Positions 26,311 through 39,062 of a stretch of 64,000 bases of DNA are shown here, piece after piece. The DNA is taken from NCBI RefSeq assembly GCF_004010195.1, contig NC_057728.1, positions 40,426,231-40,490,230 of the forward strand. Reading direction: 5' to 3'. Below the pieces are notes generated by a model. That model made no database searches, had not been told where the DNA came from, and was given only the letters and a program-made list of their open reading frames with translations. A program made the translations under genes and the position numbers. Origin of the DNA: Chiloscyllium plagiosum (Eukaryota). How positions within the stretch are numbered: position 1 is the stretch's first letter; every line of letters starts with the position of its first letter.

Positions 26311-27764
26311 AATAATCAATACCAAATGATGCCAGTTTCAGTAGGTGTTTTATATTATTGGCTGGATGCCTGAGTTAGACTTGGTTGGCATCCATGCCTC
26401 TCCTATGAGGATACACTCAAGCAAGATATGAAGATTTGAGACCCTGGGAATGACAACTGAGAAATGACAACAGAAAAACTGTTGCTGCCGACAACTGCAA
26501 CCTTGAAATGCAAACTGTTTAGAGGGGCATTGGAAGAAGCAAAGAGAAATGAAATGCTTAGTTAGCTAAGAAGAGGACTCATATACCATAGAGGCCAGTA
26601 TGTCTTCTTAACCCTCTGCCAAGGGCAAGATGGGATTTGAACACAAAGATCATGAAGAAGGGATTTTTTAATTCCACTGGCATCATGTCATTACAAGCAT
26701 GAAGAGAAATTAAGTTCAAACAAGGAATTATTCAAATGGAATGAAGCCTGTTGTTTACATTGAGTTGAAGAATGTTTTGTCTGTTTGCTCCTCCTCCCCT
26801 GAGCCCTTTTGCCAGGGAGGGTCCATTCCATGCTGCCCTCCTTCATTGCTGCCACCTGCTGGTAAAGGGATCAGCAGAACTGCTGGAGCTTCCCTCCTTG
26901 GCCCCCTCGTCCACCTTTGCCACCTGCTGGTGGATGCTCCATCACATTCAGAACATCGCAACAGTTTTAATGAAGAATCCCTGTTAAAAGAGATGCAGTA
27001 AAGTTATTTGTCCATTCCAAATGAGGAGAATTGAAATCAGGTATAGTAGCAACAAGACACAAACCCAATTGGAATCCTGGAAATGGCTGATCAACTAATA
27101 GGTGATGCAAGTATTGAAACTTAGGTGACCATGGTGTATTGGATATTATGGGCAGGACTTACATTCCCATATCCTCATTGGCCTCTTGGTATGAAATCAG
27201 AGCCAGGAGCAGTTCCCAGAAGAAGACCTTTAAAAGAGGCCATTCATTTTGTGGCTGCCTCCAAAAGTCTTGTCCAGTTACAGAATGGCGTGGTGTCTAA
27301 TTTAAGACTTCCACGCACTGAAAGATCAGCAGCCCCAGTGTCAGAGATAGGTGTTGCTAAAGCATGTGGGAAAGGCAAGGGTGCATCAATATTCAGGTGC
27401 CTTCTAAAGCTTTGTCAGTAGTTAAAAATAAAATGTGGTCGCAATTTAAAGGTCAGCATTTGTGGAGAGGGAGCCCTTTCACACGGTAACCTGTGGCCTT
27501 CTAGAAATTACGGCTGCAAAGGTGCTGCTGGAAATGAAATGAGACTCAGTGGGCCCAGGTGGCCTGTTCTATCCACAGGGCCTCAGCAAGGGAAATCCTA
27601 CCTGCCATCTGAAAAATCACAGATTGTGTCATCAAGTGCCCTCAATAGATATCTTAATTGGCCTAAATTGATCTTTGGCAGGTGGTTGACAATCATCATT
27701 ACCCACCATCCACACATGCTCTGAAGCCAGTTCCATAAAAATTTATTGAAGTGGAATTCAGGAT

Positions 27765-27977
27765 GGTTTCTCCGTGTCTGCGTGGGTTTCCTCTGGGTGC
27801 TCCAATTTCTCCCACAATCCAAAGATATGCTAAATTGCCCATAGTGTCAGGTGCATTAGTCAGGGGTAAATATAGTGTAGGGGAATTGGTTTGGTTGGGT
27901 TACTTTCAGAGGGTCGGTGTGGACTTGTTGGGCCAAAGGGCCTGTTTCCATTCTGTGGGGAATCTAATCTAATCTAA
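27765..27977 (+). mobile_element. HE1-like SINE, 5'-truncated
   Basis: V-domain CCGTGTCTGCGTGGGTTTCC and (AATCT)3 tail. Confidence 0.85.
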
Positions 27978-29658
27978 ATGCAACCACCATGTTATAGAAG
28001 AACTACCTGTATCTGAAATGACTATGTTTGGCTTCTGGTTAAGACATAGTTAAGTAACTTATGTAATCACTATATTAAAAAAGGCAAAACAGTCTTTAAT
28101 CCTTAAGTACAGAATGAATAAAGCCAATGTTATGTTAAATTTGGATAAAAACGTATAGTTTTTTTGCCAAATGTGGGGCAGGTGCAGTGGACCTTTCCAG
28201 GACATAGCTACAATTGCAAGATAACCATCTTGGACTACAGTAGAAGTAAATGTATTGAGGAAAATAATAATATCATTGGAAAGCAGAAAAATTAGACATT
28301 GTTGACAAAAGGCAAAATGCAAATATTAATTTTTAAAAATGGGTCAAGTCCAAAATGAACACACATGCAAAATTATCATAATATTCCAATCAAATGCAAT
28401 TATTCCCTTAAAGAGACGAGTCTATTCAAATTTAAGTTATATTAATGGAAGAAAAATTGTAATTCTTCAGATCAAATATAAATAGATGCAATTTGCATTG
28501 AGTTTTCCCAAGCTCATATATTTTTTTAACTTTTGTGCTGAAGAGATTTTCAGTTTTCAGAAGAGTATAATGTATAATAATGAGTGGCATCATGTGAAGA
28601 GAGACAATCCTACTAACCTTTTCAACCTTGTAACACCTCATTATACATATGCTTTGCTTACAGCATCAATAAACCCAGTTGGATGGTTTTGATAAGATAC
28701 CATCAGGCAAAATGGCCTAAAGGCAACTGATAACTCAAAAGCCAAAATTGCATTTGAACTAAGAATTCCCATTTGTGTTTATTTTGATGAATTGACTTCC
28801 TTTATTGCACCTTCAAGGTATTGCCATTAGCAGGTAAAGGTTATGCTGAGTTCAGTGGAAGAAATTATCATTACACATGCAGGTGTTAAAGATAATCATA
28901 CATGTTATGACTATGAATTATTACAGTTGCAGATGCTTCGGTACAGTATTGCTGGTTGCTGCAAAAATGCCTCATTAGCTGGGAATACCATATGTCAGTA
29001 AAAAGGCCTGGTGAAATGGCAACAGACAAAAGCAAGGCAGCCACTGTCTGACATTGGCTAAAACTTTAATGTAACGCCATTATCCCACCGTGTTCAAACA
29101 TCCAGCTATGATTGTAAAGGACAGAATCTTCCGAGCCTCTGAACAACATGGACAACGGTGAATCAATTGGTAAAAAATGGGATGATTGGAGAAATGAGAT
29201 CCTCATCATCAAGAAAAAAAGTCAGATTCTCCAATTGGGTTTTGAACAGTGAGGTGAGAATCTCGTAACTGAACGTTGAGAAACCTAGTTGTATGTATTT
29301 GCTTGCCATTAGTACTTAGTCTTACCCCATTTATATGCAGATTCCTATCCACAATTCACAAAGACAATCCATGATCCCATAGATTGCACAGAGTTAATTT
29401 CACCAAAATGCACCTGGATCCTGCCTTTCTTGGACGATGTGGAGGTAGAGGCACAGGGTTTCGTTACCATTCAGCACTTAAAATCTCCTGCTGTATTGCA
29501 TGGCTTGTGCTACATTCATCAGAATTAGGTCTCTATATCAATGGCCCTTGTCGAGGCATTCCATGGTCCTCCTTGCCAGAGTCTACCATGTCCCAATGTT
29601 TGGAGGACTATGCTCCAAAAGTGGATTGGAGGACTATGCTCCAAAAGCATTAGTGGAT

Positions 29659-29903
29659 CCAAAAGAGAAAATGCTGGAAAATCTCAGCAGATCTGGCAGC
29701 ATCTGTAAGGAGAGAAAAGAGCTGACGTTTTGAGTCGAACTGACCCTTTGTCAAGGCAGCTTTGACCAGCTTTGATGAAGGGTCAGTTAGACTCGAAACG
29801 TCAGCTCTTTTCTCTCCTTACAGATTCTGCCAGACCTGCTGAGATTTTCCAGCATTTTCTCTTTTGGTTTCAGATTCCAGCATCCGCAGTAATTTGCTTT
29901 TAT
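29659..29903. mobile_element. PLE terminal-repeat fold-back element of a second family, with hammerhead-like motif
   Basis: About 90-bp inverted arms; TTGATGAAGGGTCAGTTAGACTCGAAACGTC at about 29772-29802; near-TSD CATT(A/T)GTGGAT at 29648-29658 and 29904-29914. Confidence 0.8.
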
Positions 29904-30151
29904 CATTTGTGGATGATGTGAATGCTGACTGCTCGCTATTCTGTTCCTGATGTTCACCACACCATTTCATTGGAACAGTGACCAATGGATCCAGCCACAC
30001 TAGAGAATATTGTCACAGTGCTACAAAAGAATAGAAAAATACAGGAGAAACAAATACACCAGTAAGCCCAGGTCCTCCACCAGCATTCTGCTGATGCCAA
30101 ATAACCTGAAGAAATCACAGCTGAAAATCCCTCAGGATGGGCAGGAGATAC

Positions 30152-30756
30152 AGGAGGCACAGAGTCTGTCGGCCTTGATGCCATTTCCGAAAGTGGATGA
30201 GGTTGCATTGTCACCCCAAACTGTGGATGTCCCAGGGTACCAAGCACAGAACTATGCCAACAGCTAGAATGGGATCTGCAAAACTGAAGGAATGGTGGCC
30301 CTCCTATTCCTAGAGCCATCAGTAAATGTTTATGCACCTGGTTGTTTCCAAGCATCCACTGGAGACTTGTATGGGATTTCACAATTCTCAACCCACAAAT
30401 ATATGAAGGCTGTTACTGAAACAATTTGTTTCAACTCATTTCCTCAGTGGTGAGGTCAGTGCTGTAGCGCAGGCAATGCCAACAACTGACCAATCCCTGA
30501 TACAGGGCACTATAGACTATACACAGTCATGTCAGCTGACTTCATCATCAGAAAAGGGTTCCATTCCATCAATGTAAAAGTCATCATCACGTCTTACAGT
30601 CTGTGCTAGGTAACGGGAGCTGCAGCTTGCCCATACACTCGAGAAGTCTCAGATTTTGCATCAATTCAAGGGTTGCATGTCTGATATGAATGGTTACTGG
30701 GACACAAGGACTGCTGCTGTGACCATGGTTGATGAATTTGCTACACAACCCCGTGA
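30152..30756 (+). pseudogene. Decayed PIF/Harbinger DDE transposase fragment
   Basis: Colinear motifs across frames: RRHRVCRP, QGTIDYT (compare GAIDCT), FIIRKGFHSINV (compare NRKG.HS.NVQ), VCAR, WLLGHK (compare WLLGD), PWLMN (compare PWL.TP). Confidence 0.7.
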
Positions 30757-30799
30757 TTCAGGGTAAACGTCAAAACAATGAAACTCATTCTTCAAACAG

Positions 30800-31075
30800 G
30801 GTCACAACTTCAAAGAGTTCAGAAAAGATTTACAAGGATGTTTCCAGAGTTGGAGGAATATAGGAAGAGGCTGAATAGGCTGAGGCTGTTTTCCCTGGAG
30901 TGTTGGAGGCTGAGGGGTGAGCATATAGAGGTTTATAAAATTATGAGGGGCATGGATATGTTAAATAGACAAGGACTTTTCCCTGGGGTGGGGGAGTCCA
31001 GAACCAGACAGCAAAGGTTTAAAGTGAGAGGGGAACAATTTAAAATGGACCTAAGGGGCAACTTTTTCATGCAGA
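30800..31075 (+). mobile_element. CR1 3' fragment, left part (continues at 35877-36088)
   Basis: RVQKRFTRMFP..LFSLECWRLRG..DLRGNFF. Confidence 0.88.
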
Positions 31076-34000
31076 GTCATAGTCATCGAGTCATATAAAT
31101 AGACAGAACGAAAACAGACCTTTCGGTCCAACTTGTCCATGCCGACCAGATATCCCAACCCAATCTAGTCCCACCTGCCAGCAACCGGCCCATATCCCTC
31201 CAAACCCTTCCTATTCATATACCCATCCAGATGCCTTTTAAATGTTGCAATTGTACCAGCTCCCACCACTTCCTCTGGCAGCTCATTCCATGCATGTACC
31301 ACCCTCTGCGTGAAAAAGTTGCCCCTTCGGTCTCTTTCATATCTTTCCCCTCTCACCCTAAACCTATGCCCTCTGGTTCTGGACTCCCCGACCATAGGGA
31401 AAAGATTGCTCCAGGGAAAACAGCCCCAGCCTGTTCAGCCTCTTCCTATAGCTCAAACCCTCCAACCCTGGCAACATCCTTGTAAATCTTTTCTGAACCC
31501 TTTCACGTTTCACAACATCTTTCCGATAGGAAGGAGACCAGAACTGTGCGCAATATTCCAACAGTGGCCTAACCAATGTCCTGTACAGCTGCAACATGAC
31601 CTCCCAACTCCTGTACTCAGTACTCTAACCAAGAAAGGAAAGCATACCAAACACCTTCCTCACTATCGTATCTACCTGTGACTCCAATTTTAAGGAGCTA
31701 TGAATCTGCACTCCAAGGTCTCTTTGTTCCGCAACACTCACCATTAAGTGTATAAGTCCAGCTAAGATTTGCTTTCCTAAAATGCAGCACCTCGCATTTA
31801 TCTGAATTAAACTTCATCTGCCACTTCTCAGGCCATTGGCCCATCTGGTCAAGATCCTGTTGTAATCTGAGGTAACCTTCTTCACTGTCCACTACACCTC
31901 CAATATTGGTGTCATCTGCAAACGTACTAGCAATACCTCTTATGCTCACATCCAAATCATTTCGATTAAATTAGATTAGATTCCCTCCAGTGTGGAAACA
32001 GGCCCTTTTGCCCAACAAGTCCATACCGACCCTCCGAAGAGTAACCCACCCCCCTCTGACTAATGCACCTAGCAACTATGAACAATTTAGCATGGCCAAT
32101 TCACCTGAGCTGTACATATTTGGAATATGAGAAGAAACCTGAGCACACGGAGGAACTCACACAGACACGGGGAGAATGTGAAAACTCCACACAGACAGTC
32201 GCCCAAGACTAGAATCAAAGTTAGGACCCTGACGTTGTGGGGCAGCAGTGCTAACCAGTGAGCAACCATGCTGCTCCGTTATATATATTATATAAATGAC
32301 GAAAAGTGGTGGACACATAATTGATCCTTATGGCACTCCACTGGTCACAGGCCTCCAGTCTGAAAAACAACCCTCCACCACCAACCTCTGTCTTCTACTT
32401 TTGAGCCAGCTCTGTATCCAAATGGCAAGTTCTCCCGATATTCCTTGCTAACCAGTCTCCCATGGGGAACCTTGTTGAATGCCTTAATGAAGTCCATATA
32501 GATCACATTTACCACTCTGCCCTCATCAATCCTCTTTGTTACTTCTTCAAAAAATTCAATCAAGTTTGAGAGACATGATTTCCCATGCACAAAGCCATGT
32601 TGACTATCCCTAATCAATCCTTGCCTTTCCAAATACATGTACATCCTGTGCCTCAGGATTCCCTCCAACAACTTGCCCACTACTGACGTCAGGCTCACTG
32701 GTCTATAATTCCCTGGCTTGTCCTTACCACCCTTGTTAAATAGTGGCACCACGTTAGCCAACGTCCAGTCTTCCAGCACCTCACCTGTGACTATCGATGA
32801 TACAAATATCTCAGCAAGGGGCCCAGCCATCACTTCCCTAACTTCCCACAGTGTTCTAGGGTACACCTGATCAGGTCCTGGGGATTTATCCACCTTTGTG
32901 CATTTCAAGACATCCAGCTCTTCCTCCTCAGTAATATGGACATTTTTCAAGATGTCACCATCTATTTCCCTACATTCTATATCTTCCATGTCCTTTTCCA
33001 CGGTAAATACTGATGCAAAATACATATTTAGTATCTCACCCATTTTCTGTAGCTCCACACAAAGGCCACTTTGCTGATCTTTGAGGGCCCCTATTCTCTT
33101 CCTAGTTACCCTTTTGTCCTTAATATATTTTTAAAATCCCTTTGGATTCTCCTTAATTCTATTTGCCAAAGCTATCTCATGTCCCCTTTTTGCCCTCCTG
33201 ATTTCTCTCTTAAATAACTCCTACTGCCTTTATACTCTTCTAAGGATTCACTCAATATATCCTGTCTATACCTGACAAACGCTTCCTTCTTTTTCTTAAC
33301 TAAAACCTCAATTTCTTTAGTCATCCAGCATTCCCTATATCTACCAGCCTTTCCTTTCACCCTAACAGGAATATACTTTCTCTGGATTCTTGTTATCTCA
33401 TTTCTGAAGGCTTCCCATTTTCCAGCTATCCCTCTATCTGGGAACATCTGCCCCCAATCAGCTTTTGAAAGTTCTTGCCTAATACCATCAAAATTGGCCT
33501 TTCTCCAATCTAGAACTTCAACTTTTAGATCTGGTCTATCCTTTTCCATTACTATTTTAAAACTAATAGAATTATGGTCACTGGCCCCAAAGTGCTCCCC
33601 CACTGACACCTCAGTTACTTGCCCTGCCTTATTTCCCAAGAGTAGGTCAAGTTTTGCACCTTCTCTAGTAGGTACATCCACATACTGAATCAGAAATGTT
33701 TCTTGTACACACTTAACAAATTCTTCTCCATCTAAACCCTTAACACTATGGCAATACCAGTCTATGTTTGGAAAGTTAAAATCCCCTACCATAACCACCC
33801 TATTATTCTTACAGACAGCTGAGATCTCCTTACAAGTTTGTTTCTCAATTTCCCTCTGACTATTAGAGGGTCTATACTACAATCCCAATAAGGTAATCAT
33901 CCCTTTCTTATTTCTCAGTTCCATCCAAATAGGTTCCCTGGATGTATTTCTGTGAATATCCTCCCTCAGTATAGCTGTAATGCTATCCCTTATCAAAAAT

Positions 34001-35872
34001 GCCACACCCCTTCCTCTCTTGCCTCTCTTTCTATCCTTACTGTAGCATTTGTATCCTGGACATTAAGTTGCCAGTCCTGTCCATCCCTGAGCCACGTTTC
34101 TGTAATTGTTAGGATAGCCCACTCCCATGTTCCTAATCATGCCCTGAGTACATCTGCCTTCCCTGTTCGGCCTCTTGCAGTGAAATAAACGCAGTTTAAT
34201 TTATCAGTCCCACCTTGTTCTTTGCTTTGTCCCTGCCTGCCCTGACTGTTTGACTCACTTCTGTTCTCAATTGTACCAGTCTCAGATTGATCTCTTTCCT
34301 CACTATCTCCCTGGGTTCCACCCAACCCCCACCTTGCTTGTTTAAATCCTCCCAAGCAGCTCTAGCAAGTCTCCCTGCCAGTATATTAGTTCCCTTCCAA
34401 TGTAGGTGCAATCCGTTCTTCTTGCACAGGTCATTTCTACCTCAAAAGAGATTCCAATAATTCAAAAATGTGAATCCTCCCATACACCAGCTCACCAGCC
34501 ATGCATTCATCTGCTATATCCTCCTGTTCTTGTCCTTACTAGCTCGTAGCATCGGGAGTAATCCAGATATTTCTATTCTCGAGGACCTCCTTTTTAAATT
34601 CCTGCCTAACTCTCTATATTCTCCCTTCAGAATGTCAACCTTTTCCTTCCCTATGTTGTTGGTTCCAATGTGTACAATGATCTCCTGCTGGCCCCTGTCC
34701 CCTTTAAGAACATTCTGCACCCTCTCTGAGACATCCTTGGTCCTGGCACCAGGGAAACAACACACTATTCTGATGTTTCGCTGCTGGCCACAGAAATGTC
34801 TGTCTGTACCTCAGACTAGAGAGTCCCCTAATACAATCAATCTCTTGGAACCCAACGTACCCCTCATTGCATTAGAGCAGTCTCAATACCAGAAACTTGG
34901 CTGTTCATGCTATGTTCCACTGAGAATCCATCACCCCCTACATTTTCCAAAACAGCATACTTGTTTGAAATGGGGATAGCCACAGAAGACATCTGCATCA
35001 ATTGCCTACCTCTCTTACCTTTCCTGGAGTTCACCCATCTATGTGACTGTATCTGTGACTTTTCCCCCTTCCTATAACTGCCATCCATCACATCCCCTTG
35101 CTCTTGTACATTCCTCATTGCCTCTAACTGTCTCTCCAACCGATCCATTTGATCTGATAGGATTCGCAACCAATGGCATTTGTTACAGATATAATCCGCA
35201 GTAACCTGCAAACACTCCTTAAACTCCCACATGCGACAAGAAGAGCACATCACTCTACTAAAGGCCATTTTTGCTCCTTCGCAATCTACAGAGCCAGAAA
35301 AAACACCATCTTATTCCTCTACAAAACACTGCTCCAGGTTAAATTAATAGTTATGGCTTATATTTCAAGTTTAATCAAGAGACATATCTCAATAAAACAT
35401 ATAATCAAGAAAGAACCCACTTTACTCACTACTGAAGACTTATTATAAGGCCACAGTTAAATATTCACTTCTGTTTCTCTGCTGTGACCTTGCCCAAACA
35501 GGTTCCTCCAAGATCAGTTGTGAATTTCACTGTTAATTTTCCTAGATGCACTCCGATATTCAGCAATATATCAATTCAAACAGCAAAAGCAGTAACTGTG
35601 CAGGTTCACTGTGGTGTCAGTTTCTTTCTCTCTCTTTCTCCTGCACTGAACTCACCATGTGCTTCCTTTGTCTGTACCTCTCCCTTTTAAAACTGCTGTT
35701 GTTTTGGCTTTTTTTCTCCAAAGTGCCAAAACAATGAAACAACATAGAAAACAGTAATTGCTGCTCCTGGATTTAGAGGAAATCCCTTCCAACACCTAAA
35801 ATACGTCAAACAAGGTGCAGCTGTTACAGCTAGAAATTTTTTCGGTCCTCCATCTTGGATTACGCAGGATTC
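31073..35872 (-). mobile_element. Essentially full-length decayed CR1 LINE (5' UTR, ORF1 zinc-finger/coiled-coil plus esterase, ORF2 endonuclease-RT)
   Basis: ORF1 start MAFSRVMCSSC..CNKC..LERQLE (34864-35268), CFPGAR..HIGTNN; ORF2 VGDFN, SDHNS, NYRPVSLTS, FADD; GACTC-type tail; about 600 bp of 5' UTR. Confidence 0.95.
31964..32277 (-). mobile_element. HE1-like V-SINE inserted in CR1
   Basis: Degenerate tRNA head, V domain and (AATCT)n tail; CR1 RT sequence on both sides. Confidence 0.88.
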
Positions 35873-35876
35873 TGTA

Positions 35877-36088
35877 GGTGGTGTGTGTATGGAATGAGCT
35901 ACCAGAGGAAGTGGTGGAGGCTGGTACAATTACAGCATTTAAAAGGCATCTGGATAGGTATATGAATAGGAAGGGTTTAGAGGGATATGGGCCAAGTGCT
36001 GGCAAATGAGACTAGATCAAGTGGTCTGCATGGACGAGTTGGACCAAAGGGTCTGTTTCCATGCTGTACATCTCTGTGAGTCTATGAT
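35877..36088 (+). mobile_element. CR1 3' end, right part of the element at 30800-31075
   Basis: GGTGGTGTGTGTATGGAATGAGCT continues directly from TTCATGCAGAG; ends with GAGTCTATGA tail. Confidence 0.88.
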
Positions 36089-36299
36089 CTGGAGTAGATG
36101 AAAGTCCTGCTGAAGTTGAGGTTCTGACTATTAGAACGTAGAACAGTATAGCTCAATACAGGCCTTTCGCCGCTCGATGTTGTGCTGTCCTTTTATCCGA
36201 CTGTAAGATCAAACTAACCAACACACCCTACATTAGATCAGGCATTTGGAGGGTGGGGAGGTTGCAATATTGCAGTACATTCCAGACAGAATGTTCCAG

Positions 36300-36435
36300 A
36301 TAAAAACCAAAAGAGCTGTGGATGCTGTAAATCAGATACAAAAACAGAAAATGCTGGTAAAGTTCCGCAGCTCTTGCAGCATCTGCGAAGACAAATCTGA
36401 GTTAACATTTCAGGTCCGGTGACCCCTCCTCAGAA
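36300..36435 (-). mobile_element. PLE terminal-repeat fragment with degenerate hammerhead motif
   Basis: Minus strand CTGAGGAGGGGTCACCGGACCTGAAATGTT followed by CAGATGCTGC..TTTACCAGCATTTTCTG. Confidence 0.65.
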
Positions 36436-37004
36436 TCCCTGTGCCAGACAGTCATTGCTTGTTGTGCTCTACACAACGGAAGCCAGGAAAGAAGAGGAGT
36501 GAAGACCTGGGACAGTGGTAGCATTCTTCTGAGAGAATGATGAGGACATTGAGCACAATAGGCCACACAAGAGTTAACTGCAACCCATCTCCTATAGATG
36601 TGATCATTCATTGACTGTAACTTCACATTTGCTTAAAAGACAAGTGGTCCCTCTTTGTTCTCAAAACCAAGTGGAGTTTTCTGCATTTCTTTGTTTCTTT
36701 GCTTTTGTCATTGTTAAATAAAATGAATGTTTTCTTGGGTGATGCAGATGTAAAGGCTCCATTTGAAGACTTTCCTGTACGTGACACTCCTATGTCGAGC
36801 AATGAGGTGATGTTTTGCTACACTGGATATTGGAGAAAAAGTAACACTCTCTTGGAAAAGGTTTAAGGATTAGACGATACTAGGGATAGGTAGTCTGTGT
36901 AGCTTGATTCTTGTAGCTGCAATTACAATGACAGTCAATCAGACAGGTGATACTGTAACATAGTAGTACATTTATGAATGTGGGCTTGTATTTGCAATGA
37001 TGTG

Positions 37005-37705
37005 TGTTATGGCCAGACCCTTTCAAAACACTTCAAGAAGGCAGCCCAGGTCCTAACTCTTCTAGCCTGATGAAGGGCTTATGCCTGAAACATCGATCCT
37101 CCTGCTCCTCGGATGCTGCCTGACCTGCTGTGCTTTTCCAGCACCACACTCTCGACTAGATGTTTTAAGCAAGTGTACAGTGGATATTCAAGGAGTGATG
37201 AAGTTGGCCCAACCACTCAGTTTTAAACAAAAAAAGAATGTATTTACTGACTACTGAATGAAACACGAACAAAAGAGAATCAAATTTAAAATAACTTAAC
37301 TTCTCTGCAAACCCAGTCGACTCTATCGCAACTTAATGATGCTGTCCCAAATATTTGTACCATCCCCATAAACACCCCCTTGGCAAAAAAAATGTAAAAT
37401 CAAACACAGGTTTTTACAAGACAGATATCAGAGAGAGCATGGAACTGCTTCTTGGATCCCCAGCAGCTTCTCTGGGTTCCCAGCTAAAAATTGACCAATA
37501 GCTGCAAACAAACCAGCTTGCTAAAACCAAACCCTGAACTGGGAGAACTGATCACTCCCCTTTCATTGTACAAGTGGTTTAGAAAAAAACTTAAAAGCTT
37601 TCTCAAGTAGATATCTTCAGACATATTGGAACCTCTGCCTTTACGACCTCTCTGAAAATAAAACCAAGGACAGAATAACCTTGTTAAAGAAGCAGCATCA
37701 TCACA
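37005..37705. mobile_element. Solo LTR-like element
   Basis: Termini TGTTA...TCACA; 4-bp TSD TGTG at 37001-37004 and 37706-37709; no ORF. Confidence 0.6.
37066..37155 (+). mobile_element. Single PLE terminal-repeat arm with hammerhead motif, inserted in the LTR-like element
   Basis: CTGATGAAGGGCTTATGCCTGAAACATCGAT at 37067; same family as 23710 and 61787; flanked by CTAG on both sides. Confidence 0.8.
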
Positions 37706-38899
37706 TGTGTCACTCAAGCAACCCATATACATCAGAAGCTTCTTTTTCCTTGATCTCATTCCATTACACACAATATGAATGCATTTGACTTGCTCATGAC
37801 TGGGCTTTAAAGATGGTGCCAGCACCAGGACACCCAGAAGGTCCCAGCTGTGGCGAGTATTTCAATTATTGGTGAGCCGGACATCAGAGAGACATGGCGT
37901 AAACCTAATAAGGTGGGAATTGGAGAATTGTGTGAGAAAACCTACTGGAACTCACAGGAAGAAACCTTCCTTGATACTCTCTTAAATTCACACCAAGCAG
38001 ATATTGTTAAGATTCAGCAAAAAAGTTATTGGAAGATCAAGGGCTTCAACAGCAGGCTAAAATACTTCCCATTGAGACTGGAGAAATAGTGTGAAGATAC
38101 CTCTATTTCAAATAGATATCTTCATTTTAAATTTTACACTTAACATTTTACACTTAGCCCCAAATTAGAACTATACCTCAGTGTTTTCAGGCATGTAGTA
38201 TTTAACTTTTAACAGCATTATTGAAATGTGAGTCTGTAGAAATTTCAAATGTTCTAGAAATACCTTAGTTTCTCCTTAATACCAAGTCAGTGATAAACAG
38301 CGACTATCTTCCACATGACTATGATCAGCGCACATTCAAGTTACTATATGTTCATGGCAAAATAGCATTTCGAATTAAATATTTTCTCATAGCGGATTAA
38401 TTGCAAGATTAGCTTATGCCAGCTATATTGTCATTTATCAGTTGCACTTTATATTAGTGACTGAATTTGCTGCACCCAAGTCAATTTTGAACTATCAAAC
38501 CAGTCAACCAGCTACATCAATATAGATCAATATTGGTGGAGGTAGTGAGAAATTGAAAACTGTTTTTATTTCCTGTGTGAATGTAATTTTCTAATTCATA
38601 AAATAAAACCACAGTGCTCAGCTGCAGCCCAACGTTAATAACTGAACTGGCTATGTGAAGAGCTGCCACTGACAGGCATCGCCACAAGGATCCATGTTCC
38701 TAATGAATAAACACCTTTAATGGAACATAAACCCCCAGTACAACATCTGTTTTGAGTAAAACGGACACCTCTAATGAGATCAACACTCACATCTAGTAGA
38801 AAAGTGTTTCTTGTAGAATGGATGCCTCCTTTAGAAGTCTCCTTCAATGGGAAAGCCATTGAGTATCATGTGAAATGGTCAATTTCATCAGGAAGATTT

Positions 38900-39062
38900 T
38901 AAAATAGCAAATTATTTAATTAGTGAGAGTTTGCAGAGTTCTGAGATGCAGAAGGACCTGGATGACCTAGTGGATGAATTGCAAAAGTCTAGTATGCAAG
39001 GCCAACAAATAATTAGGAAAGCTAATAGAATGTTATCATTCATTGCAAGAGATATTGAATAG
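38900..39062 (+). mobile_element. Old CR1 fragment
   Basis: GATGCAGAAGGACCTGG..TAGGAAAGCTAATAGAATGTTATCATTCATTGCAAGAG is CR1 ORF2-like. Confidence 0.65.
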
